Source: an uncultured Alphaproteobacteria bacterium (GTDB lineage: Bacteria; Pseudomonadota; Alphaproteobacteria; Rs-D84). From it: DNA of 64,000 bases. Of the stretch, positions 26,864 to 35,462 are shown in pieces. The DNA is taken from positions 16,408 to 80,407 of the forward strand of contig CALXPB010000001.1 in NCBI GenBank assembly GCA_944390225.1, written 5' to 3'. Positions within the stretch are counted from its first letter, which is position 1. The number at the start of each line of letters is the position of its first letter. The position numbers and the translations under genes are program-made. The notes beneath the pieces were generated by a model. The model was not told where the DNA came from. It did no database searches and saw nothing but the letters and a program-made list of their open reading frames with translations.

Positions 26864-28685
26864 CTGTCTTTCGTGTTTTTTTACGTACATTACTATCAAG
26901 TTCTTTTTTTCGTAAACGAATCGTTGCAGGTGTAACTTCTACTAATTCGTCATCTTGTATATAGGATAACGCTTCTTCCAAAGACATTTTTCTTGGGGGT
27001 GCTAAAAATAATTTTTCATCTGCTGTGACCGAGCGTATGTTTGTAAGTTCTTTACCTTTTATCGGGTTTACCTCTAAGTCATTTTCTTTGCTATGTTCAC
27101 CGATAATCATACCCGAGTAAACTTCGGTCTGCGGACCAACAAATAGAGTACCCCGAGGCTGTAAGTTAAACAGCGCATATGTTGCAGTTATTCCGTTTTC
27201 CATAGATACTAGTACCCCCGGTCTATATTGAGAAATTGGACCGCGATATGTTTCATAACCAGAAAATACACGGTTCATAACACCGGTTCCTCGGGTGTCG
27301 GTTCTGAATTCTGATAAATAACCAATCAGACCACGTGATGGTGCAGAAAATACAATGCGAGTTTTACCCCCACCAGAAGATTTCATTTCCGTAATAGTTG
27401 CTTTGCGTTTCGTCATTTTTTCTATGACGACCCCGCTAAACTCATCGTCTACGTCAATGACCACTTCTTCTATCGGTTCCAGTTTTTCACCGTTTGGACC
27501 TTCTTGCATTACAACGCGCGGACGAGATACACTTAATTCAAATCCTTCGCGACGCATGGTTTCGATTAGTATACCCAGTTGTAATTCCCCACGCCCAGAA
27601 ACTTCGAAAGATTCGTTGTTTGCGCTTTGAGTGACTTTCAAAGCAATGTTTGTTTCTGCTTCTTTGAATAAACGTTCACCTATCATGCGTGACGTTAGTT
27701 TTTTCCCAGATTTTCCAGCAAGTGGTGAAGTATTAACAAAAAACGTCATCGTTAGAGTAGGGGGATCAATCGGCATAGCAGGAATCGGTTCGTTTACTTC
27801 CGGTGCACAAAGCGTATCCGCAACAGTTGCTTTTGAAAAACCCGCAACAACGACTATATCACCCGCAGAGGCGGAATTTAGCGATACTTTTTCAACACCG
27901 CGATGCTCGATAATTTTTGTGATTTTTGCGTTTTCTATGAATTCGCCTTTCATATTTATGGCTTTAACCGATTGACCGACTTTTACTGTTCCTGACTCTA
28001 TTTTACCCGTTAGTATCCTGCCTACGTACGGATCCGCTTCTAGCGTGGTTGCAAGCATTTTAAACGGAGCGTCCATCTGACAGCGAGTCCCGTCACAATC
28101 CGGAGCCGGAACATGATCTATTATTAATTGAAATAAAGGCGTCAGATCTTTTGGTTCGTCATCAAGATTCCTTATTGCCCAACCGTCACGTCCAACTGCA
28201 TAAAGATAGGGAAAATCTAACTGAGAATCCGTAGCACCTAATTTATCAAATAAGTCAAAAGTTTCGGTTAATACTTCATCTGGTCGTGCGTCTGCACGGT
28301 CTATTTTATTTATACAAACTATCGGACGTAACCCTAGTTTTAAAGCCTTGGATAAAACGAATTTTGTTTGCGGTAACGGACCTTCGGCGGAATCAACTAA
28401 TAATACAACCCCGTCCACCATAGACAAAATACGTTCTACTTCTCCGCCAAAATCTGCGTGCCCGGGTGTATCAACAATATTTATTTTATAACCGTTCCAT
28501 AAAATAGAAGTCGGTTTCGCGGAAATCGTAATACCTCGTTCCCGTTCTATATCACCACTGTCCATTACACGTTCTGCAACTTTTTCATTTTCTCGAAACG
28601 TTCCAGCCTGTTTTAACATATTGTCGACCAATGTTGTTTTACCGTGATCAACGTGCGCAATTATTGCAATATTACGAATTTTCAT
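26853..28685 (-). CDS. typA: Translational GTPase TypA/BipA
   Basis: [38 protein letters not shown]. 610 aa. Confidence 0.95.
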   Translation of the reverse strand: MKIRNIAIIAHVDHGKTTLVDNMLKQAGTFRENEKVAERVMDSGDIERERGITISAKPTSILWNGYKINIVDTPGHADFGGEVERILSMVDGVVLLVDSAEGPLPQTKFVLSKALKLGLRPIVCINKIDRADARPDEVLTETFDLFDKLGATDSQLDFPYLYAVGRDGWAIRNLDDEPKDLTPLFQLIIDHVPAPDCDGTRCQMDAPFKMLATTLEADPYVGRILTGKIESGTVKVGQSVKAINMKGEFIENAKITKIIEHRGVEKVSLNSASAGDIVVVAGFSKATVADTLCAPEVNEPIPAMPIDPPTLTMTFFVNTSPLAGKSGKKLTSRMIGERLFKEAETNIALKVTQSANNESFEVSGRGELQLGILIETMRREGFELSVSRPRVVMQEGPNGEKLEPIEEVVIDVDDEFSGVVIEKMTKRKATITEMKSSGGGKTRIVFSAPSRGLIGYLSEFRTDTRGTGVMNRVFSGYETYRGPISQYRPGVLVSMENGITATYALFNLQPRGTLFVGPQTEVYSGMIIGEHSKENDLEVNPIKGKELTNIRSVTADEKLFLAPPRKMSLEEALSYIQDDELVEVTPATIRLRKKELDSNVRKKTRKTDED

Positions 28686-28819
28686 AAAATTACCTTATAT
28701 TCAATATAATAAAATTTTGTTTTTCATAGATTATATCATATTTTGCTTTTTTCAAGAAATTATAGATAAGGGTTGTGATTTTATCTTTTTTTTGCTATTT
28801 TTTTATTAAAGGAATTCTT

Positions 28820-29287
28820 ATGGAAGAAAAAGTAATTGATTACGAGCAAACAATAAAAAAATTCTTTGATTCTGTATGTGATTTTTTAGATAAAAAGACC
28901 AATAAAGTAAAAACTAAAAAACAATATGAAGACATCATTAAAAATATAAACATAATTCGTAAAATTCAAGAAGAGCCCAGGCGACTATCAAGTTATGAGA
29001 CAAGACTCTGGGAAGAGTTAGAACCCAAAAAAGATGGTTTTGTGAAAATTAGAAATGGAAAGATTGTTGATAATACAGCATATTTAACCTTTCGAGAAGC
29101 ATTACATGCCATAGATGATTTTTATAATACAAACTCTTCTGACAAGGAAAAAAGGCTATTGAATGCCATAAAAAATTGGAGTTATGTCAAATCTAGTTTA
29201 TGGTTCAAAGATTTCGTTTTCCCTTTTAAACGCGCAGAATCTTTTGCTGTATGGGTCCCAAAAGAAGCCGGTAAACAAAATTCGTAA
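28820..29287 (+). CDS. Hypothetical protein, tandem paralog family member 1 (about 155 aa, no signal peptide)
   Basis: SD AAAGGA plus ATG at 28820. Conserved blocks IDYEQTIKKFFDSVCDFLDKK and LNAIKNWSYVKSSLWFKDFVFPFKRAESFA are shared with 29360..29836 and the 29820..30289 pseudogene. Confidence 0.6.
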   Translation: MEEKVIDYEQTIKKFFDSVCDFLDKKTNKVKTKKQYEDIIKNINIIRKIQEEPRRLSSYETRLWEELEPKKDGFVKIRNGKIVDNTAYLTFREALHAIDDFYNTNSSDKEKRLLNAIKNWSYVKSSLWFKDFVFPFKRAESFAVWVPKEAGKQNS

Positions 29288-29359
29288 TATTATGTTGACA
29301 TTTTGTGTTTTTGTGCTATTTATTATATCATAAAAGCTCACAAACTTTAAGGATAGTTC

Positions 29360-29836
29360 ATGAAAAAAGAAAAGAAAATTATAGATTGCGATTTGACAAT
29401 TAAAGATTTTTTTAAATCTGTTATAGATTTTTTAAATAAAAGAAAAATGTCGGTAAAGGCAAAAGAAGAACGGCAAGAAATCGTTAATTGTATAGAAAAA
29501 GTTAAGAAACTTGCTGAAAACCCTAAAAAATTGGCAGATATGGATTTTTTTTATAAAGAAATAAATAGTTTCTCTGTTAAGAATTTTGCTTATGCAGAAG
29601 AAAATAGTTTCTCTGGTGATTTAATATATACGGTATTTATCGAGGTTTTACATAACATTAATAATTTTTACGGGATAAATACAAATACGAATAAAAAAAT
29701 TTATTTATTAAGGGCAATAAAACATTGGTATACTGTAATATCTCCTTCTTTTTTGAAAAGTTTTATCAGTTCTTTTAAACCGGCGAAATCTTTCGCTTCA
29801 AGAACTGTTAGTAAATTAAATGAAAAAAGTCGTTAA
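29360..29836 (+). CDS. Hypothetical protein, tandem paralog family member 2
   Basis: IDCDLTIKDFFKSVIDFLNKR ... LRAIKHWYTVISPSFLKSFISSFKPAKSFA. Confidence 0.6.
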   Translation: MKKEKKIIDCDLTIKDFFKSVIDFLNKRKMSVKAKEERQEIVNCIEKVKKLAENPKKLADMDFFYKEINSFSVKNFAYAEENSFSGDLIYTVFIEVLHNINNFYGINTNTNKKIYLLRAIKHWYTVISPSFLKSFISSFKPAKSFASRTVSKLNEKSR

Positions 29837-30289
29837 AAAATAAAAGAGTAGATTATGATTTAACAATTAAAGATTTTTTTAAATCTGTGAACGCGTTCTT
29901 GAAAAAAGAACAGAAAAGGCGAAAGATAAAAAAGAATATGAAAATATTATTAAAAATATAGAAATTATAAATAAAATCGCGCAAGACCCTAAAAGATTAT
30001 CTGATTATGGTACTCGCATAAAAGAAGATTTAGAGCCTGATTTTGAAGGTTTTTGCAAAAAAACGCGAAGGGAGTTATAGTTGATAACTCAATCTGGTTA
30101 GCCTTTACACGGGTTTTACATGCAATAGATGAATATTACAATTTTGATAAAGAAGAAAACTTGTTGTTGGCTATAAAAAAGTGGAATTACGTAAAATCAA
30201 CTTCTTTCTTTAAAGATTTTATATTTCCGTTTAGAAGTGAAAAATCTTTTGCTTCATGCGTTTCCTTAGAAGAAATAAAACAACGATAA
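29820..30289 (+). pseudogene. Tandem paralog family member 3, disrupted by three single-base frameshifts in homopolymer runs
   Basis: ATG at 29820 (MKK..). Homology continues in three frames: VDYDLTIKDFFKSVNAFLKK / TEKAKDKKEYENIIKNIEIINKIAQDPKRLSDYGTRIKEDLEPDFEGF / LQKNAKGVIVDNSIWLAFTRVLHAIDEYY..FFKDFIFPFRSEKSFA. Shifts occur at A6 29823-29828, A6 29902-29907 and T5 30050-30054. Confidence 0.7.
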
Positions 30290-30293
30290 AAAA

Positions 30294-30314
30294 ACGGGGA
30301 ATTCCCCGTTTTTT
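30294..30314. terminator. Bidirectional terminator shared by the paralog array and serS
   Basis: ACGGGG-AATT-CCCCGT flanked by an A-run and T-run. Overlaps the serS stop. Confidence 0.8.
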
Positions 30315-31593
30315 AATGCTTGCCACCAATTTTTATTCTGCCGTCCATCAAAGATTGTAATTTTTTTGGTATATTTACGGATCCATCTGCATTTTGATGA
30401 TTTTCAATAATTGGCACCAGTGCACGTGGAACTGCAATACCTGTATTATTTAATGTCGCAACAAATTTTACGTCGCCAGTTGCGTTTTCACGATATCTGG
30501 TATTTGTTCTTCGTGCTTGAAACTCCCCAATAGATGAACAACTGCCAAGTTCTTTATAGCTATTTTCACTAGGAATCCATGCTTCTACATCATTCATTTT
30601 TATTTTATTAAATCCCATGTCCCCAGTTGAATTAGTTATTACGCGATAAGGTAATTCAAAATCTTCCATTATTTCGCATAAATTATTTAACAGATGTTCG
30701 TACATCTTGTCTGATTGTTCGGGTTTACAGAAAATGTATTGTTCAACCTTGTTAAACTGATGGAATCTTGCTAAACCTCTGGTATCACGACCTGCGGCAC
30801 CGGCTTCTTTTCTGAAGCATGGTGAAAAACCAACATATTTTATAGGTAATACATTTTCTGGTAAAATCTCGTCGCTGTGCATAGAGTTTAGTATTATTTC
30901 TGCCGTTCCTGCTAAACATCTGTCTGTATCTGTTAGCATGAATACATCATTGTTCATTACGGATAGGTCTGCACCCTTGAAATGTCCGGCATCAAATATT
31001 GTTTGCGGTTTAGTAATAGACGGGCATTCAATGTACGTAAAACCCTTGGAGATAAGTTTTTTTATTACGTACGTTTCTATGGCAAGTTGTAATTCTGCCG
31101 CTTCGCCTATTAAACAATAAGTGCGCGTTCCGCATATTTGTCCGATTTTTTCCGGCGCCCACCAATTATTCATGTCCAGTAAATCCCATTGCGCCCGTGG
31201 TGTGAAATTAAATTTAGGTGGTTCCCCGACTCTTTTTACTTCTATATTTGCGCTATCATCCGGACCAATTGGTGCTTCGGGGCTTGGAATCTGAGGAACG
31301 CAATGTAATAGATTATTAAGTTTTGCTTCTTTATCCGCCAATTCCGCCAATTCTGCCGCGATTTCATCGCTAATTTTTTTTGATTTTTCAATTAATGCTG
31401 CTTTATCGGATGCATTAGGTATTTCTCGCGTTATTTTGTTCTTTTCTGCGGTCTTGGTCTGGGTTATAGTCTTTAATTCACGAACTCTGATATCAAGTTC
31501 CAGTATTTCATCTACGTAATCTTCAAAACCCTTTACTTTACATGCGTTTTTTACTATCTCTGGGTTTTCTCGTATAAATCTGATGTCTAACAT
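30313..31593 (-). CDS. serS: Serine--tRNA ligase
   Basis: MLDIRFIRENPE.. coiled-coil N-arm. Class II motifs (FRKEAGAAGRDTRGLARFHQF, GTAVPRAL-like ..TGIAVPRALV). Confidence 0.95.
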   Translation of the reverse strand: MLDIRFIRENPEIVKNACKVKGFEDYVDEILELDIRVRELKTITQTKTAEKNKITREIPNASDKAALIEKSKKISDEIAAELAELADKEAKLNNLLHCVPQIPSPEAPIGPDDSANIEVKRVGEPPKFNFTPRAQWDLLDMNNWWAPEKIGQICGTRTYCLIGEAAELQLAIETYVIKKLISKGFTYIECPSITKPQTIFDAGHFKGADLSVMNNDVFMLTDTDRCLAGTAEIILNSMHSDEILPENVLPIKYVGFSPCFRKEAGAAGRDTRGLARFHQFNKVEQYIFCKPEQSDKMYEHLLNNLCEIMEDFELPYRVITNSTGDMGFNKIKMNDVEAWIPSENSYKELGSCSSIGEFQARRTNTRYRENATGDVKFVATLNNTGIAVPRALVPIIENHQNADGSVNIPKKLQSLMDGRIKIGGKH

Positions 31594-31655
31594 GATTTAT
31601 TCTCTTGGTTTAATTGTAAATTTTTTTACGATATATCGTAATTCATTATAAATAA

Positions 31656-31721
31656 TTAATAATTAAAGCGCACCCCAAAAGGGGATGAGCGAAAACTTAA
31701 AAAGTAATATTTCTTTTTCAT
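31656..31721 (-). promoter_or_regulatory. Candidate serS leader ORF (21 codons, MKKKYYFLSFRSSPFGVRFNY) containing Ser codons fused to a CCCC/GGGG hairpin
   Basis: The serS-strand block TCA TCC CCT TTT GGG GTG is in-frame homologous to ACA ACC CCT TTG GGG GTG upstream of thrS. TTGCTT (31759-31754), 17-nt spacer, TACTAT (31736-31731), ending 9 nt before the ATG. Confidence 0.4.
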
Positions 31722-31853
31722 GACAATAGAATAGTAAAATATTACCTTTAAAAAAGCAATCAAAAATAGGCTCTGGATAGCATGTAGAAAAAAATTGCGC
31801 CGTTTTTGTGATTGTGTTATGCTATGCCCCGAAAAGATAACGAGGAGTTTTTT

Positions 31854-32765
31854 ATGAATGATGTCATAATACATGATGTTATAATTCTTGGTTCTGGACC
31901 TGCTGGTCTGACTGCCGCATTATATTGTGCGCGGGCAGGTAAAAAGACTTTGGTACTTGGTGGTGATAGACTGGGGGGGCAAACCGCAGGAATTGCAGTT
32001 TTAGAAAATTATCCAGGATGGAAAGGTAGCGGAATAGAATTGGCAGAGTTTATGAAAACTCAGGCCGAAACCTTCGGGGCAGAAATTATTTTCGCTTCTG
32101 CAAAAAATATTTCTGGTGATGCGGAAAGCGCGTTTAATATTTTGGCAGATGACGGAAAAAGATATGTTGGAAAAGCAGTAATAATAGCAACAGGAGCTTC
32201 CCCACGTAAGTTGGAAATAGAGGGCGCAAAGGAACTTTTGGGTAAGGGCGTTTCTTATTGTGCAACTTGTGACGGTTTTTTCTATGCGTATAAAGATGTA
32301 ATCGTTATGGGTGGTGGTAATTCTGCTTTAAATGATGCCTTGTATTTAGCCGATATCGCAAAAAACGTAAAAATCGTTTATCGTAAAGGGGCTTTTACCA
32401 GAGCCGAGGCCGTCTTGCGTAATCGCGTAGCCGAACGCGAAAATATAGAATGCCTGTTTAATACTGATTTAAAGAAGATTGCTATGCTTCCGAATTCAGA
32501 TAAATTGGTTGTTACTACTACGGACGATAAGGAAATTATTTGTGACGGTCTATTTGTTGCAATCGGGCATGAGGCGAATACAGATTATTTAAGAGAAGAT
32601 ATAAAACGTGATAATATGGGACGCTTGATACCCGCTGAATTACCCGAAGGAATATTTGTTGCCGGTGATGTTCAGTCTGAAATAAAAATGCAGGTTGCAA
32701 CTGCCGTAGGAACAGGATGCAGTGCAGGTATGGATGCAATAGCATATTTGAATTCGCGCGGATAA
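31854..32765 (+). CDS. trxB: Thioredoxin-disulfide reductase
   Basis: AGGAG SD plus ATG at 31854. ILGSGPAGLTAALYCARAG, redox CATCDG, GGGNSA. Confidence 0.9.
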   Translation: MNDVIIHDVIILGSGPAGLTAALYCARAGKKTLVLGGDRLGGQTAGIAVLENYPGWKGSGIELAEFMKTQAETFGAEIIFASAKNISGDAESAFNILADDGKRYVGKAVIIATGASPRKLEIEGAKELLGKGVSYCATCDGFFYAYKDVIVMGGGNSALNDALYLADIAKNVKIVYRKGAFTRAEAVLRNRVAERENIECLFNTDLKKIAMLPNSDKLVVTTTDDKEIICDGLFVAIGHEANTDYLREDIKRDNMGRLIPAELPEGIFVAGDVQSEIKMQVATAVGTGCSAGMDAIAYLNSRG

Positions 32766-32770
32766 AATAA

Positions 32771-32794
32771 AAAGACCTTTTAAAAGGTCTTTTT
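32771..32794. terminator. Bidirectional terminator between trxB and the J-domain gene
   Basis: Perfect palindrome AAAGACCTTTTAAAAGGTCTTT flanked by an A-run and T-run. Confidence 0.75.
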
Positions 32795-33296
32795 ATTTTT
32801 TACCAAAATATTTTTTTAAAGTATCGTATGCGTTAGAAATCTTGGTAAACTCTTGAGTCGAATTATTTTTATCTGACGATGTATCTGGATGATGTTTTTT
32901 TGCTAGTGCGCGGTACTTTGTTGTTATTTCGCGCCACGAAGCGCTTAGCGGTAGATCAAAAACTTTCAGTGCGGATATTACGTTTGCCGGTTTCGTAATT
33001 CGATGCGGGGTCTTATCAAAAGTTGCGCGTCCTGTTAAGAAATCGTTCAGAAATTTTATGTATTCAGATTCGCTTTTGTTGCTGTTTTTATCATCTTTTA
33101 ATGGGGTACCAAAAACTCTTGTCTCCCAGTCTGCTTCTATTTCTTCTGGGGTCATATCTGCATAGTAATTCCAGTTTTTATTGTATTCGGCGGCGTGCTC
33201 TTTACAGAATAGCCAATATTCTTTTAATTCTCGCGTTTTAGGTGCACGGCATACACCTGCCTTGGTGCAACCAGGGTGTTCGCATTTTTTTATCAT
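32793..33296 (-). CDS. J-domain protein with Cys/His-rich N-terminal segment
   Basis: C-terminal J domain (..YRALAKKHHPDTSSD..FTKISNAYDTLKK) with HPD. N-terminus CEHPGC..C..FCKEH. ATGA overlap with the xerD-like stop. Confidence 0.75.
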   Translation of the reverse strand: MIKKCEHPGCTKAGVCRAPKTRELKEYWLFCKEHAAEYNKNWNYYADMTPEEIEADWETRVFGTPLKDDKNSNKSESEYIKFLNDFLTGRATFDKTPHRITKPANVISALKVFDLPLSASWREITTKYRALAKKHHPDTSSDKNNSTQEFTKISNAYDTLKKYFGKK

Positions 33297-34159
33297 ATTT
33301 CAGAATCCTTTGATTGACCAAGCGGATGATGTTTTTGTACGGTTTCTCGTAATTTATCCGGTAAAACATGTGTATATATCTGAGTCGTAGAAATATCTTC
33401 GTGCCCCAACATCGTTTGTATCGCACGTAGGTTTGCACCCCCCGCAAGAAGATGGGAAGCAAAAGAATGACGTAGTACATGCGGACTGACACGATGCGGG
33501 TCAATTCCAGCAAGTACAGCACATTTTTTTAATATCTTAAAAAAACCGTCCCTGGTTATATGACCGTCTTTCCCGTTCGATGGAAATACATATTTTGATG
33601 TTTCGTCTTCTCTGATGTTTAACCACTTTTCAAGCGCGTTTTTTGCACGTTCATGTATAGGAACCATGCGTTCCTTGGCGCCTTTTCCATGAATTAAAAG
33701 TTTGTCTCCTAAATATGCAGAAATTGGTAATTCGCATAATTCAGATACACGCAGACCAGAGGCATATAATAATTCTATCATTGCTCGTAACCTAACAGAA
33801 TTTTTTATGTCGCCAGCAGAAGATATCAAAAGTTCTATTTCTTCAACCGATAAAAATTTCGGTAATATTCGTGTTCTTTTAGGTAGTTCTAAGTTCGCAG
33901 TCGGATTTTCTTTAATTATTTTTTCTAACATTAAAAATTTATAAAATCCTCGTAATGCGCTGGCTTTTCTGGCTATTGATGACGCCTTGTCTGGTAAACA
34001 AGATAAATAATTTTGTATGTCTGTATAAGACGCGTTCATCAGACCACCAGAAATTTTTTCGTCGGCATGACGCAAATCGCTGGAATAACTTTCTAGCGTT
34101 TTTTGACTTCGACCTTTTTCTGCCGAAAGAGCCTCTAAAAATATATCTATATAATTCAT
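33293..34159 (-). CDS. xerD: Tyrosine recombinase XerC/XerD family (XerD-like)
   Basis: Catalytic R..HxxR..Y: GLRVSEL, HVLRHSFASHLL, LGHEDISTTQIYTHV. Start MNYIDIFLEALSAEKG at 34159 is preferred over the ORF-track 34243. Confidence 0.8.
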   Translation of the reverse strand: MNYIDIFLEALSAEKGRSQKTLESYSSDLRHADEKISGGLMNASYTDIQNYLSCLPDKASSIARKASALRGFYKFLMLEKIIKENPTANLELPKRTRILPKFLSVEEIELLISSAGDIKNSVRLRAMIELLYASGLRVSELCELPISAYLGDKLLIHGKGAKERMVPIHERAKNALEKWLNIREDETSKYVFPSNGKDGHITRDGFFKILKKCAVLAGIDPHRVSPHVLRHSFASHLLAGGANLRAIQTMLGHEDISTTQIYTHVLPDKLRETVQKHHPLGQSKDSEI

Positions 34160-34301
34160 GGGTACAATACTATCTCGGTTACATTCTGAGCAGCAGGAAA
34201 GGATATTATCATAAGTATGATAATTATCGCTATCAAGCCCCATATTATAATTTTTTTTCCAGATGTATTCTTTTTTTTATGAAGCGGCATTTTTCCCCTT
34301 T

Positions 34302-35372
34302 TTATATTGTATCAAAACTTGCTATGAATGTTCCTGCACCTGCTATTATTATAAGCGGCGGTGCGACAATGGCTAATAACGGAGGCAGCGCACCCGTCGA
34401 TCCAAGCGCATTAAACATATTCGTTAAAAAGTATACGGCAAAACATGTTATTATGCCTATACCAAATTTTAATCCGAAACTGTAATTCCTACGCTGGTGC
34501 GTCTGTGAAAAAGCAACCCCAAGTGTTGCCATTGCTATCATAGTTAAGGGTAAGAATAATAATGTCCAAAATTGAACCATGTGTCCCCGAACGCTTACTC
34601 CGACGGCTTGCATTTTTTTTATGAAACTGGGCAATTCCCAAAAAGATATCTGATCTGGTTGTAAGTACCTGTCCAGAACGGTTTTTGGGGTAAGTAATGT
34701 ATTTGTGTGCCAGTCAACGTTTTTAGGTATACCGTTTTTGTCCCATGTTGTAGCATTTTTTGCATCCAGGCCTGCGTCTGAAAGAGTTAAAGTTTCTGCC
34801 TCTACACGTTGATTTAATTTGAAAGTTTCGTCTTGTAGGTATACCGTTGCTTTTTCAAATATTAATATGTCTCCTGATTTATGCATACCCTTGGCGTTCA
34901 TTGTTATATAGCCGTTTTCAGACGCTTCTCGTAACCATATCTCATTATCTATTAAAACAAGATGGTTGGATGTTATATTTTTTTGATTTAGACCGACTGA
35001 ATAAGGATTGATTAAAGTCGTTGCAATTATACCAATTAGTGTTGCGCCGATTAGGAAAGGCCTTGCCATCTGATACGGCGATAAACCAGCGCTGGCTATA
35101 ATAACTTTTTCGCTAGATTTAGTGAGGTTATAAGAAGCAAGTAAAGTCCCCATGAAAACCGCCAGCGGTAAAAACAGCGGTACGTATTCCATAAGGCGAA
35201 TCCATGTTTCTGAAAGTGCCGCAAGTACAGTCGGGTTTGACGGTAACCTTTCTACAAATGTAACTGCCATAATTATTCCACATACGACTAACATAACTAG
35301 ACCGAATCCAGAAAAAAAACGACGTAATAAAAATCTGTTTAATATATTTAGTTTAAACATAAAAATATCCAC
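34302..35372 (-). CDS. LptF/LptG family LPS export permease
   Basis: YjgP/YjgQ architecture: 3 TM, a periplasmic beta-jellyroll segment, then 3 TM. N-terminus LNRFLLRRFF. Confidence 0.7.
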   Translation of the reverse strand: MDIFMFKLNILNRFLLRRFFSGFGLVMLVVCGIIMAVTFVERLPSNPTVLAALSETWIRLMEYVPLFLPLAVFMGTLLASYNLTKSSEKVIIASAGLSPYQMARPFLIGATLIGIIATTLINPYSVGLNQKNITSNHLVLIDNEIWLREASENGYITMNAKGMHKSGDILIFEKATVYLQDETFKLNQRVEAETLTLSDAGLDAKNATTWDKNGIPKNVDWHTNTLLTPKTVLDRYLQPDQISFWELPSFIKKMQAVGVSVRGHMVQFWTLLFLPLTMIAMATLGVAFSQTHQRRNYSFGLKFGIGIITCFAVYFLTNMFNALGSTGALPPLLAIVAPPLIIIAGAGTFIASFDTI

Positions 35373-35462
35373 CGTTAGTTAAAAAAGTATACATTGTTCA
35401 ATTGACAATTGCAAAATTAAAATGAATGCTTATAATTTTTATGAAATTATAAGGATTAAGAT

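Noticed and set aside
31656-31874. 72-aa minus-strand ORF in the serS/trxB spacer as a real protein.
   Set aside because: It spans the trxB start and promoter region and is rich in low-complexity I/F/K residues, with no SD. Only its last 21 codons (from the ATG at 31721) are considered, and those as a possible regulatory leader.
33293-34243. The tyrosine recombinase as an integrase of a mobile element, possibly linked to the tRNA-Tyr repeats.
   Set aside because: It has the Xer-type N-terminal core-binding domain and C-terminal motifs. It sits in a housekeeping operon 30 kb from the tRNA locus, with no flanking repeats or phage or ICE genes. It is best read as chromosomal XerD/XerC.
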